DNA of 63,524 nt, filler included, from Basidiobolus ranarum (GCA_040143965.1; 40 parts of 40 records of this genome joined end to end with filler, not necessarily neighbours in it); one strand, 5' to 3'; shown: positions 50,000 through 63,414, numbered from the whole stretch's first letter. The notes: generated by a model from the sequence alone, not told the origin. Numbers and translations are program-made.

Positions 50000-50846
50000 G
50001 CTTTTTTATAAGGCTCAAAATGACTGGTCTTGGTGAACTGACATACTATCTTCAAATCCAAATTAAGATTAATAGAACTACCAAAACAGTAACATGAAAC
50101 CAGTTTAAGTATATTCTACATATACTAGAGAAGTTTAAAATGGAAAAATGTAATCAAGTATCTATCCCAATAGAGACAAATCTTAACTTGACCAAAAATG
50201 GCTCAAATCAGACATTCTTGGAGTTAAATGAAAGCCAGAAATATCCTTATCAATCTATGGTTGATAGTTTGATGTATATCATGATTGGAACATGGCCAGA
50301 TATTAGATATTCTGTTGGAGTTATATGCCTATTTCATCCAAATTAGAGATCTAAATAAACATAGCAGTTAAGTGGATTTTGAGATATTTGAAAGGAATTA
50401 TTGATCTGTGCTTAAGATACACATATTCTGGAGCAAATTTCAATCTGAAGGGATATTTAGATGCAAATTGGGGAAGAGATATAAAAGACAGGAGATCTAT
50501 AACAGGATATTTGTTTCTATGCTTTAATAGAACTATTTCTTGGAATTCAAAGAAACAGCCTGCTGTATCACTTTCAACAATAGAAGTAGAATGCATGGCT
50601 GCTTGTGAAGAAACAAAAAAAAAATATGGTTATGAAAGCTTCTAACAGATATAAGCTATTCTCAAAACTTATCACAACTATATTTCAAGATATTCAAAGT
50701 TATGTTGAATTAGCTAGAAATCTTATGTTTCATGCTAGAAGCAAATATATATATATATTAGGCTTCATTTTCTTAGAGAGACTATTGAGAGTAAGTTTAA
50801 TGACCTTACTTATTGTTCTAAAGAAAAGAGGATTGCTGATATATTA
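50000..50846 (+). pseudogene. Copia RT-RNase H
   Basis: PYQSMVDSLMY..TWPDI, YLDANWG..DRRSITGY..WNSKKQ. Confidence 0.92.
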
Positions 50847-50946
50847 NNNNNNNNNNNNNNNNNNNNNNNNNNNNNNNNNNNNNNNNNNNNTTAATTAATT
50901 AANNNNNNNNNNNNNNNNNNNNNNNNNNNNNNNNNNNNNNNNNNNN

Positions 50947-51522
50947 CTGATTACTAAATCAATGAGTCTCAAAATTGGACCTATGCCTGCACAGTGCAAA
51001 AACATAACACACAGACTGTAAAAGAGGCCCTCAAAGGCCCTCACATGATATTTTGAAGATCTGGAATGGCTGCTGAGTACTTGGCTTTGATTAATAATCA
51101 AACTTGGATTTTAACCAACTTACCTGATGATAGAAAATCAAATGCCCATGATGGGTGTTTAAAGTTATACACAACTCTGATGGCAATATAGAAAGGTACA
51201 AGGCTAGACTAGTAGCCAAAGGCTATTCCCAAATACTAGGAATGGATTATATAGAAACTTTTGATCCTGTAGCAAAGTATAATTCAATTAGAATGACTTT
51301 GGCAATTTCAGCTAAATATCAGTTTATTGTACATCAAATGGATATCAAAGCAGCTTTTTCTAATGGTGAGCTAGCTGAGGAGATCTATACAAACCAGCCA
51401 GAAGTATTTGTGGACCCAAAAAATCCTAAAAAATATTGCAGATTGGGGAAAACACTATATGGCTTAAAACAATCTCCAAGAGCTTGCAATAGCAAGATGG
51501 ATGCTTTTTTGGAAACACCCAA
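50947..51522 (+). pseudogene. Copia RT N-terminal part, cut by a CACTA insertion
   Basis: [30 protein letters not shown]. Confidence 0.93.
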
Positions 51523-52432
51523 CCCTAACAAAAATAAAATCAATTTGATCCGGATCAGATCCACCCTCCAAAAGAGCAAAACTGTCAGAGAACCATCACA
51601 ATATCTGTGGCTTGCATTCTGCCAGGGATTTGGATGGTGTGATGGCAGTTTCTTGATGGTATTTTTTCAATATTCATACATGTTAAAATATAGATCCTCA
51701 AACTTGGCATGCATTATTCAATATCCGGCAATTTTTGCAAACTATAAGTTTCAAATGGCAAATTACTGGGTTTACTGCTGTAGGAATTCGAATTAATATG
51801 CATGCCTTTATTTATATATTTTAGATTTTATATTCCAGCCATAATGAGAATCAAAAAATACAAGAATCTTATTGTGTTTAGTCTCTACATTTGCAAATAC
51901 TTGACTGTTTAGACATAACTCAACAACATCAATATGCTTTACCAGAAAACTAATTGTGGAAAAGTTGCTAAGCATCGGAAATTTTGAATAGCACTGACAC
52001 TTGGCAAATAGCTGACTCTTGTTACCATTCACAATGAGAATAAGCTCTTGGATTTTGGCAAATTTCTGTCAAGATTTCAGCCAATATATCCTCAACTTGC
52101 AGTCAACCAATGTCCTGCCACAAGTAGATATGTCATTGCTTGAATAGATTACCCCATGGCTAAAATGATAATACTGCATATCTTGATCTATCTCACCAAG
52201 CAGTCTGGCTGGCAGCTTTCCTAAAAATACCATCAGATTAGCACACAAGCAAATTAGTCAAATTATAGAGGTACTTACTCTGTGTCCATGGATTGGGCTT
52301 TGTGGCTGTTATTGTGCCCAGACAATGCAAGAACCCGTGAGCACATTGAAAAGAGCCCTTTGTTGGCAGATTAATATACTCTGGAGTCTCCTTAACCCAC
52401 AGCATTACATCTATCACTGATTTTGCTGATAC
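51523..52432 (-). mobile_element. CACTA-type terminus and transposase 3' region
   Basis: CCCTAACAAAAAT is continuous with sequence homologous to the 3' part of the transposase copy at 47020-47674. This links the terminus to the transposase. Confidence 0.88.
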
Positions 52433-52729
52433 NNNNNNNNNNNNNNNNNNNNNNNNNNNNNNNNNNNNNNNNNNNNTTAATTAATTAANNNNNNNNNNNN
52501 NNNNNNNNNNNNNNNNNNNNNNNNNNNNNNNNTGGGCTGGCACAATATCTCCAAAAAAATCATCATGTCTGATTGTGGTGGGATAGTGCCCTATTGTTCC
52601 TTATAGTGTCTGATTGAGTGTTATAGGACCCAGCAACGGTAATTAACAGATTGTGCCAGATGGTGTACTAGCAGGCTGGATCAAGTGGCACAATCTGACC
52701 TGGTCCAATGGAACAAGTCTAGTATCCTC

Positions 52730-54017
52730 AGAGTAATTATCAGGTTTTGTGGTACAAGTTGGTACATTTCCAGTGCTGCCTAATGTTTCACTACTTGTAT
52801 AGCTGCTTGATTCCAGAATATCATATAAAAGTTTGTTCTTCTTGGTTTCAGTATGTGTAGTGAAGTTTGTAAGTGTTATGAGTGGACTAATGTTTGCAAT
52901 AACAAAGAGTCCATAACAAAACCATCGTCTTCTTCTTCAACTTCTGATATACTACCATCAGTACTGGAATAATCAAGGTCAACATCTAGCAGTAAGTACT
53001 CAAAGTTGTCTGGACTTACTGGTTTGACTAAAGTTGCATTTCTACCTACATCATTCTGGTCTTATAACTGTGGTAACTCCACAGTATCTTGAGTTTTGGC
53101 AGTGTTACCAAAAATTTGAGGCAAAGTTCAGTCAGTGGACTCAATGGGCAAAACAATAGTTGATTTAGTACACTTATTACTGTTGTTATACACCAGGCTC
53201 TGCACAGCTGGTGGCTTTGTACAGTGACCGTGCTTGTGATTATTTTTCTATGAAGCCTCTGGCTTTCATAGCACAAGAATTTGTGAAAATAATAGCAGTG
53301 CTTCATTAAATGTTTGAGTTGTGGCATGAGAACAATATTGTAGAAAAAAGAACACCTCCTACATACAGGTGGTATTTTAGGTATAGACCATCAATATCCT
53401 CAGCTGATTCGGAGACTGTGTCACAGATGAGTCATCAGGAGATTTACAAGATATTTCCATTAATGGATGGCAATTTTGGTTCACTATAAGCTGTTTCTAT
53501 GCAATTTCATTACACCAAGTTTACCATCTGAAAATTTCAATGCCATTCAAAAAGTTTTCAAAGTCTAAATCAAAATTGGCTTTGGAGCCAAAGCCTGCTG
53601 GCACAAAAGGAAAAAAACCAGCAAGAACCAAGGACTGGATTGATGAGCAGTCTAGCAATCCACTGTCCACTTTGGAAGGCATTAACATGCCAGAAACTAA
53701 CTCAAGTAATGATGAAGCATTAATAAATTTACCAGATAAGTTCCTTTTCAGCAATAGTACAAGTAAAGAGATTGTAATCTCCCAATTACAGAGTAAATAC
53801 ATAGTTGAGCAAAGTTCAACCAAAACACCATCAAGACCATCAACTTCCAAAATGGCTACTTTGCCCACTATTAAACAACCATCCATAGAAAATTTGGATA
53901 GAATTCTTGCAACAAGGGAATTGCAGGTAGAACACCATAATGATTTGTATGCTATTATAAGTAAAAACTACAAAGTTGCTATACAGGCCATGACAACCAA
54001 TAATGCGGCAATATTGC
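52730..54017. mobile_element. CACTA-type divergent ORF pair: transposase (minus, ATG 53327) and ORF2 (plus, ATG 53540)
   Basis: Homologous to 36661-37560 and 58873-59740 in the opposite orientation. Confidence 0.87.
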
Positions 54018-54117
54018 NNNNNNNNNNNNNNNNNNNNNNNNNNNNNNNNNNNNNNNNNNNNTTAATTAATTAANNNNNNNNNNNNNNNNNNNNNNNNNNN
54101 NNNNNNNNNNNNNNNNN

Positions 54118-55602
54118 TTGTACTTGCCAAAGCTACGTTTTCCAGCTCCAAAAAGAGCCACTTCCTCAGATTCTTTTTCCAAATTCTTACTTCTGAGATG
54201 TTGATCCATTAGCCTTGCTACCACAAACGAAAGCAACATATCTATAGTCCTTATATACTAAATAGGAATATCCATATATCTATAAAACAAGTATGTCTTA
54301 TTAACCCTACTTATCTATTATATCTTATTACACAAACTCCTGAATATCTCAAACCATTGATTTACTTCTCAACTATATAAGTCACCATATACTCTAAAGA
54401 ATAAAGTAACTAAAACACACTGTCATAAGTTGCTTCTAATACCCAAAGTCTACTCCCATTATGTCAATATCCTCCAACAAATTCAAGACAACTAGTGTAT
54501 GCTAAGTGATCTACCTTATACAACTAAAAGTTTCAAGCTTACTTATATCTCAGAGGGCACTAAACATCCTTAGGTACAGAACTATTAGCTCAACAGTATT
54601 GATATATTTTGGATGCCTGTTGGAAGTGATTAGGAGGAACTAGAGAAATTTATGGTTTGTTCTTATTGATATATTGAGTTCAAAGTTGACATATATATCT
54701 CTGTAAAGATGTAAGCAAACTAACATGTTGAATGTGTTAGATAGGGTCCCAGAAACAGGTCTGCAGAGTGTAGGGTGGACATTTATGGTTTTATCAAAGT
54801 GCAAGCAAACTCTTATGTAGAATGTGCTAAAGAAGGTCCCAGGAGCATATGTGAAGAGTTTGGGGCTTCTGGCATAAGTTTTAAAAAATCTATATATCTG
54901 ATGGCTAAGTAAGTTCCTTGTGAGAATAATGAGAAATATCTTAGTTCAATATAGGATAACTGGGTACTAAGCGATATAAGGCTATATAGTTGTTGTCATG
55001 ATTCTGATCTTGGCATACTGATCCACTACAAATAGAACCTCTCTATTATTAGATTATGACATCATACCTGCTGTGCCATCCCTTCTTGGCAATGTGGTGT
55101 CAGTTCATCCAGATTACCTAATATGGAAAGCATGTTCCTTGGAACATTCCATGAAACCTAACCAATCATGTCATCCCACACATAGTGTATATCTGCCAAG
55201 ACCTTCCATGGAAGGTCACCTGATCATCCTTACATCATCCCTCTTTGTATTGGTCTTTGTAGTCCCTAACACCCCAACTCTCAAACTTGCCATAGTATAG
55301 TCCCTATTCAGTATATTATGTTTCACCTTGCAATATCTATATAAGCACCATGTATTCCTTGATCAGACCTCAGTCTGATCAATGCTGTAGTTGTTTTGAT
55401 GTAAGCAGCAACTATAACTGCAATATCCTAAGGGTTTTGTGTGGTGTCCAAAGGATGCAATAACCACTGTAAAATAACTCTGCAATGTACTGTAATATGG
55501 GTCTGTCTCATGCCTCTTGGGTCTTTGGGAAAGGGAATCCAGCCTCTAGAAATGTCTAAGGACTGATAAACCACAATGCAATGTCCAGCTTTCTGTTGAA
55601 TA
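54118..55602. mobile_element. LTR nest: gag remnant, LTR-B (~54223-54479), LTR-A (~54600-54990), LTR-E (54994-~55385)
   Basis: Homology to the delimited copies elsewhere in the window. Confidence 0.8.
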
Positions 55603-55702
55603 NNNNNNNNNNNNNNNNNNNNNNNNNNNNNNNNNNNNNNNNNNNNTTAATTAATTAANNNNNNNNNNNNNNNNNNNNNNNNNNNNNNNNNNNNNNNNNN
55701 NN

Positions 55703-57187
55703 GATAAGTGGGGGTACTGAGACATACTTGTTTTATAGATATAGAGATATTCCTATTTAGAACATAGGGTCTATAAATACATTTCTTTCTGATTCTGATA
55801 TATGTATCATAACTAAAGTTAACTATGATGTTTAGTAAAGATTTATTATCCAACAAATAGGGAATATACTGTGGCAAGTTCAAGTGTCAGGGTGTTGAGG
55901 ACTATAAGAACCAGTACAAAGGGGGATGATGTAAGGACAATCAGGTGACCTTCCATGGAAGGTCTTGGTGGAACTATCCTATTCATAGGATGTTATTAAT
56001 GGTTATGTTTCATGGAATACTTTAAAGAACATGACTTCAATGTAAGGTAACCTGGATGAACTTGCACAAGATTGCTGAGAAAGGATGGCACAGCAGATCT
56101 GATGCCATAATCTAATAACAGAAGAATTCCATTTGCAGTGCATAAGTATGCCAAGATCAGAATCATGACATATATTGCAAAAGGAAAGGAATATCAATTA
56201 TGTACGCTACAGAAAATTTTGTATAGTCTGAAACAGGCTTCTCATTCATGGAATACCAAAATCAATTAGATCTTCATGAGACATCTTTTCATTTTAGCAG
56301 AGCTGATCACTGTATATACTTCAAGACTATCAAAGCCACAAAAGTCATAACTGCTCTCTATGTTGATAATATCATAATAGTAAGTATTTGCTCAAATCTG
56401 ATGAAGCAAATTAAGACTTGGCTATCTACCAAATTTGAAATTCAAGATCTTGGATCACTAGCATATTGTCTTGGAATGTAAATATATCAAAGTTCCAATA
56501 TTGGAACACTCTGTATTGTACGAGAAAACACATTTGAGATGTTTTGAACATATTTAATATGTCAAAATGTGATCAGCTTCAAATTAACTATATATACTGA
56601 CACTCACCAAGGATATGAAACCAAAAACCCTTTAAGATATTGAAATCATGAAATATATTCCTTACCGTAGTTCCATTGAAAGTCTCATATATGCAATAAC
56701 TGTTACTAAGCCTGATATTACTACAGCTCTAAGCATGGTAAGCAAATATTTGGAAAATCCTGCAATGGAATATTGGATGGCTGTCAAACAGATAATACAC
56801 TATCTGAATGGAACAAGTCATCATGAAATTCATTTAGTATTCAGTGCAACATAACACTTATCTTGGGAGGATATGCTGATGCAGACTAGGCTAATGATAC
56901 AGAAGACTATAAGTCCAGAACTGTCACAAAAAGGAACTGGACAAGGACTGTAAATGATGACAAGAGGCTAGAAAGTAGGAGGGTAGTTGGGTATAGACTA
57001 CAAAGCAAGACAAGGCAATACTGGACTGGGAAGATACATGGGCAAGAATATTTATTGATAGCTGGCATTGACCAGACTGAGGTCTGATGAAATTTATTGC
57101 TTTATCATATCTGTTATCTCTATCTTTATACACCTCACTATTTCATATATCAAATATAAGTTAGTTAACATTACTTACTCAAATATC
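55703..57187. mobile_element. LTR-B, LTR-E, Copia RT (56171-56921 +), LTR-E and LTR-C nest
   Basis: LYVDNIII, PYRSSIESLIY..TKPDI, YADAD, plus LTR homologies. Confidence 0.85.
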
Positions 57188-57287
57188 NNNNNNNNNNNNN
57201 NNNNNNNNNNNNNNNNNNNNNNNNNNNNNNNTTAATTAATTAANNNNNNNNNNNNNNNNNNNNNNNNNNNNNNNNNNNNNNNNNNNN

Positions 57288-58772
57288 CAAAGATCTGCAA
57301 TTCTAGAGTCAGATATACTGGCAAAAAAGCTTAATTTCACCATGGAACCGGGTACACCAGTTGGAAGAGTACTAAATTTGGAAGTTTATCCAACACCTGG
57401 TACCTCTCAACAAGCCAAAACACCTGCAAATAAAACTCACAGCTCTCCAACCTCAACTGGTACTTCTCAAAGTGTTGAAATTAGTCCCAAAGGTAAAGGC
57501 AAGCATAAAGCCACACAAACACCACAAGGCAGTGTCACACTACAAGGTTGTACAATAATAGTCAATGTGCTTGAGGAGTATTTTCAAGAGTATGAAGGGA
57601 AAAACTCAGTGCAAGTATGCAGAATGTGGCTTCAGAAGAAGAACATTCAACTTGACATTCAGGTGTTGACCATGCAGATATCTGGGAAGAACTTAATACA
57701 GAGTGGCTCAATATTGCAGGGTATCTGCCAGACAGCTGGAAGAATGTTGATTCAGCCATGTTAATACAATGGTTAGCTTGAATGGAGATATTGACACAAA
57801 CTTGTGTTGGGTATGAGATAAACCTTGGGTATGAAGAACTCTATAAAAATATTTAGGAGAATATATCAAAGAGACTAGGGATTTCAAAGATGACAAATTA
57901 GCATTCAAGTGGTAATTTTGTAAAATTTGAATTATGTTGTTTGCACCTGTGTTGATCCATAGTTCTCTGAAATTTTAGCCAATCATGCGCAACTATTGTG
58001 CAAGATCTTGAAATATCACTCATAAAACTGAAAAAGTTGATTAAAATCAAATCTAACTTGATATTTTTATGATGATAAATAAATGGTCAATCCAAAATGG
58101 ATTAAAATTGTGATGGTTTCCCTTCAATAACAATGCTCAAATTTCTGTTGGGGGGATATGTTCCTTTCCAGTAATAGTTCAAGTGAAGAGATTGTAATCC
58201 CCAATTATGTAGTAAATCAATTGTTGACAAAGGTTCCACCAAAACACCATCCAGACCATTAACTTTGAAGATGGCTACTTTGCCCACTATTAAACAACCC
58301 TCTGTAGAAAATTTAGATAGAATAATTGCAACAAGAGAATTGCAGGCAGAACACTGTACTGATTTGTATGCAATCATAAGTAAAAACTATGAAGTTGCTA
58401 TACAAGCCATGACAAGCAATAACACCACAAAATTGCATTTAATGCAGCATTTGGAAGCAACTATTCAACAGATAGAGAGTCACTCAACAATTATACAAGA
58501 CCTTCAGAATGCTGTACTTGAGCTACAGCAACATGCTGCTCCCTCCATCCATTGTCCTCTGGGATTTCAATCAATCCCACCCCATACATATGAATGTCAC
58601 TGTGACAATCTAGCAGACCAGAATATGTGTCAGACCATTAAGTCTGTGCAATGACCCAAAATTGCTTGGGTGCATGAAAGCAGAAATCTCGTAGGAAAAC
58701 TGGCAAACCAACAGACTCTGAATGTCAGAGCTGTCATCACTTGCTCTGATGATGAGTGGTTTAACATTTTGG
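57288..58772 (+). mobile_element. CACTA-type accessory-ORF end (to ~58153) nested next to a second ORF2 fragment (coiled-coil-like)
   Basis: Terminus ...AATTTCTGTTGGGG. 58265-58654 is homologous to 53850-54017. Confidence 0.8.
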
Positions 58773-58872
58773 NNNNNNNNNNNNNNNNNNNNNNNNNNNN
58801 NNNNNNNNNNNNNNNNTTAATTAATTAANNNNNNNNNNNNNNNNNNNNNNNNNNNNNNNNNNNNNNNNNNNN

Positions 58873-60356
58873 TAAATTGATTAATGCTTCATCATTACTT
58901 GAGTTAGTTTCCGGCATGTTAATGCCTTCCAAAGTGGATAGTGGATCACTAGACTGCTCATCAATTAAGTCCTCTGTTCTTGCTGGTTTTTTTTCTTTTG
59001 TGCCAGCAAGCTTTGGCTTGGAAGCCAATTTTGACTTAGATTTTTAATACTTTTGAATGGCATTGAAATTTTCAGATGGTAAACTTGGTGTAATGCAATT
59101 GCTTAGAAACAGCTTATAATAAGCTAAAATTGCCATCAATTACCGGAAAAATCTTGTAAATCCCCTGATGACTCATCTGTGACACCATCTCAGAATGAGC
59201 TGATGATATCAATGGGCTATGCCTAAAATACCACCCTTATGTGGGAGGTGTTGTTTTTCTACAATATTCTTCTCATGCCATAACACAAATGTTTAAAGAA
59301 GCCCTGCTATTATTGTCACAAATTCTTGAGCTATGAAAGCTGGAGGCTTCATAGAAAAAACAATCACAAGCATGATCACTGTACAAAGCCACCAGCTACA
59401 CAGAGCCTGGTGTATAACAATAGTAATAAGTGTACTAAATCAACTTCAGTTTTGCCCATTGAGTCCACTGACTGTAGTTTGCCTCAAAGTCTTGGTAACA
59501 CTGTCAATAGTCAAGATATGGTGGAGTTACCACAGTTATATGACCAGAATGATGTAGATATAAATGCAACTTTGGTCAAACCAGTAAGTCCAGACAACTT
59601 TGAGGACCTGCTGCTAGATGTTGACCTTAGTTATTCCAGTACCAATGGTTGTATATCAGAAGTTGAAGAAGAAGACAATGGTTTTGTTATGGACTCTTTG
59701 TTATTGGCAAACATTAGTCCACTCATAATACTTACTGTAAAGGAAGCAGCTTTGATTATTGAGGAGTGAAGAGTTCAATCCAATCTTAGCAACCAGGTGT
59801 TTGTTGATTTTCTTACACTTTTACCACAGTTGATTGGCAACTGTTGTTTGCCACAGATGTGGTACAAGTGGAAATCACTTTTCAAATGTATGACTTATAA
59901 TCCTTCAGTAATTAAACTACCTTCATGTCCAAATGGTTGTTTGGCTTTCACCGGTGATCTGAAAAACCTGAAGTCATGTACTGTTTGCACACAATTGGCA
60001 ATCACTGAATCAGGTAAATATCATTCATATTTGGCTTACATACCATTGATTCCCTGTCTTAAGGTTTTGATGAAATCACCCAAATATAGATCATTGATCC
60101 AATACCAAAGTACTCGCCATAAAGCTGATGGTATTACTGATATACTTGATGGATATCACTACCAGAATCTGAAAAGTCAATGTTTCTTTAAGAACACATA
60201 TCATCATGCATTTGCATTGGCGCTGGATGGTTTCTCATTAAACACATATACCGTTGGAAAGGCTTGCTGGCCAATAATTTTAATTAACTTAAATCTTCCT
60301 CCTTCTGAATGGTATAAGAGTCATAATATTTTGATACTATCCATCATATCTGGACC
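58873..60356. mobile_element. CACTA-type ORF2 (minus, ATG 59063) and transposase (plus, ATG 59275)
   Basis: CPNGCLAF..CTVC..YIPLIP..ITDILDG..LALDGF..CWPIILINLNLPP..IISG. Confidence 0.9.
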
Positions 60357-60456
60357 NNNNNNNNNNNNNNNNNNNNNNNNNNNNNNNNNNNNNNNNNNNN
60401 TTAATTAATTAANNNNNNNNNNNNNNNNNNNNNNNNNNNNNNNNNNNNNNNNNNNN

Positions 60457-60867
60457 ATTTCCAACTTATATTCCTGTATTGCCCTTGGTGCGGATGATGC
60501 CTGAAATGGTGGAAATGGCAACGGAGATGGTAATGGCGGTGCTGGGAACGGTGGTGACAATGGCAATGGTAACGGTGGTAACGGCAATAATGGATCTGGT
60601 GCCTATGATACCGGAAAGGGTGGAAATGGCAATGGTGATGGCGGTGCTGGAGACGGTGGTGCCAATGGCAACGGTAATGATGGTAATGGAGCTGATGCCT
60701 ATGATGCTGGAAAGGGTGGAAATGGTAATGGAGATGGTACTGGCAATGGTAGCGGCAACGGAGATGGAAATAGAAATGGCGGTGATAACGGTAATGGTAA
60801 TGGAGCTGGTTCCTATGATGCTGAAAAGGGGGGTAAAAGTAATGGAGATCAGGACTGTGATAAATAG
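60457..60867 (+). pseudogene. Gly/Asn/Asp-rich repeat protein (probably secreted) with an in-frame TGA at 60502-60504
   Basis: Frame from 60457 reads ISNLYSCIALGADDA*NGGNGNGDG..GAYDTGKGGNGNG..AYDAGKGGNGNG..SYDAEKGG..QDCDK*. Confidence 0.7.
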
Positions 60868-61846
60868 AAAAGTAGTAAATATTTATCATTATATTTATGG
60901 CTCATATATGTATACTGTGAGATTTAGATGAATAAGTTCAATAAAAATATGTGTTTCTTGAGCTGCTTCAAATTATAATGATGCATAAGATATTAGTTTT
61001 TGAAGTGGTATGTATTTATAAAAGTTACAACAGCGTTTCAAATGTCGTGATAGTAGAGTGGATTCTCTAATCAACCATTGTTAGTACAACAACTCAACGA
61101 CTTTGTTAATTGGTGACTGCACGTATGTTGAGTAGGTGGCCAGAATCTTAGAATACTTATGTATAATGTAATACCCAATTACAGATGCATCTTGAAGGGC
61201 AGAGTCAGTGACAGTCACTATTAATAAAAGAACATATGCGTTGCTCTGGGTATGCGACCAAGTCAATCTCATGAATTCAAAGTTTGCTCTTAATGCTTAT
61301 GAATATCTTCAGCGTTATTTAATTCTGATGGGAGATTAGGAACGTATAATCGTTCAGAATTTATACTTAATGACGCATATGATAATAGTGAATGCATTGA
61401 TAAATCTAAACATAAAATTAGTACTTGGTAAATTTAGTACCGTGAAGGTTACTCCATTTTTGATAGGGATGCTTACAGAGACTTTACCAATAGTGAAAGT
61501 TGCAAATGCGCCGATAGATTTGTAAATGGCAATAAGTCCCAATTAACTTCACTAGATTATAAATGCCAACCAGACTAAATAACTCAGTATGGTTCAAGTC
61601 ATTATCAATCAACACTGTTTTGGCCCTACTTCTTTTAACTATGTAATTCCTTCGATATTCAATGCGCACAACGATAAATATGGGAAGAATGTATAGAAAT
61701 ATTGGATAGTGAACTGCAGTTTACCTAGAGTTAGAATGACAACTACGTGAGAATTTCATAGCCAGTCAATGAGATAAACGTATTGTTTATTGAGAACTGC
61801 ACTAAGATAGAGTATCAAAGAGCCCATAAGACAAATGTGACTGTTT

Positions 61847-61939
61847 CTAACAAGATCCCAAATCTGTCCATACTCCTTGTTTACCAGGAGATTCGTTTTG
61901 TGTCCACCACTTGGCTTGCCAGAGATGTCCATCAAAAAC
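61847..61939 (-). CDS. C-terminal CBM5/12 (ChtBD3-type) chitin-binding domain of a 5'-truncated gene
   Basis: VFDGHLWQAKWWTQNESPGKQGVWTDLGSC* contains the AKWWTQ hallmark. It is absent from the ORF track. Confidence 0.88.
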   Translation of the reverse strand, partial: VFDGHLWQAKWWTQNESPGKQGVWTDLGSC

Positions 61940-63414
61940 ANNNNNNNNNNNNNNNNNNNNNNNNNNNNNNNNNNNNNNNNNNNNTTAATTAATTAANNNN
62001 NNNNNNNNNNNNNNNNNNNNNNNNNNNNNNNNNNNNNNNNACGTAACAGAGGTTCGATGTTGTTGCGTTCAATATGTGGTTCCCTAATTTCACTCAAGAC
62101 TTGTTGTAGCGGGTTTCGCATTTCCTGGATTCTGTTACCATGAGAGATGATTGTATATATTGTTTACGTAAATAAAGGCTATTCGGGATTTTAGTCACAA
62201 TCATGGTATACTCCCCGTGAGAATCCAAAACTGGTTTTCTTGCAACGGTTCGTGAAAATAGCGGAATATCGCAGCTTATTTTATCACATTCAGTTTGTTT
62301 GTGGGTTTGTTATCTTGATTTGGAGTTAGAGTCACGGCTAGCTGCCGATAATGTACTCGTTTGCAAGTAGCATTGACGTTGGAGTTGCAGGAGAGACTCC
62401 TATTTGCTGTGAATAGCCCTGATTCAAGTACAATTTGAATTCCGCGTCCCTGATATGTATATCGATATAATATATATATATTACTATTCGAGGCGATACC
62501 CATTCACTTTAACTGGCCCAATAACCACGTAATGAATCTGACTCCAGCATCCTCAACAATGCATGTATAGTGGCTTTAGTTAATATTACTGTAGAAGTGC
62601 ATCTAGAAATTGCCCATTAACACACGATTTGCAAAAGGTCAGGTATGTGCACAAATAAGTTATTGGCATGTGTAAATGCCAACTCACCCGTTGTCTATTG
62701 AAATGAGGGCTAGATGTTGCCATTGAGATGGTTACTCAGATCATCAAATAATAGATAAGAGTTGCTGGTTTAATCAATAAAATTACCGCTTTTCAGGAAT
62801 ACGGCAAAGTGCTGCAGTTCAATGCCAGTTACCCAGATAGCTCGAATTTGCCTTATTAAGCTACAAGGCAAACTTTCTTACTGTCAAAAGTGGGCTTTGA
62901 GTCATTTAGCGTAAGTGCTACGGCTATCCTGCGATAGGATTTCGACTTGCTGAGGAGTTATGGCGGCGAATCGGATTTGTATGGTTCTACTGGCAACAAT
63001 GCCTTGTCTCGCATTTCTTCATGATTGCACATTTCTATTTTACAAATCACGCAGTGTGATTATGCATCGTTTGTTAAGGCTATTCAGCCCTCTATAGACA
63101 CGAGGTAGGTTTTTTTTTACAAGAAAGGTGTAGTTCTGTATCACGAGTGCGTGCACATAACCATTGGGTACGGGCTGAGAAACTACTAACATATTTCTAT
63201 TTGTTCGATTGAACCTATTTCTTAGGTTATCACTGGTGTGCATAATGGACTCACCATTTAATTATGAAAGTAATTTTGTAGTCCTTGATACTTAAATCAG
63301 CATTGTAAGTCGCGTCGACACCGGACATAGCCAGGTGTCATATGGCTAAACTTTCTTTGTATGGTCGGTGAAAGGATACTGAAGCTTGTAAAGTTGCTAC
63401 TTATAGCAGAAAGC

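Noticed and set aside
51155-51796. Novel 213-aa RT fusion protein
   Set aside because: This is chance read-through from Copia RT into the CACTA terminus at 51523.
54213-54222. TGGTAGCAAG as a second PBS
   Set aside because: It is not at an LTR end and reads as gag coding sequence (VARLMDQHLR).
60401-60931. His-rich, Pro-rich and Met/Val-rich ORFs in the track
   Set aside because: They are alternative frames or the antisense of the Gly/Asn repeat coding frame.
1499-62040. Regularly spaced palindrome TTAATTAATTAA as a biological repeat or CRISPR-like array
   Set aside because: It is always embedded in exactly 44+44 Ns between size-sorted contigs, so it is a synthetic six-frame-stop linker. 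ORFs ending ..XXXLIN are artefacts.
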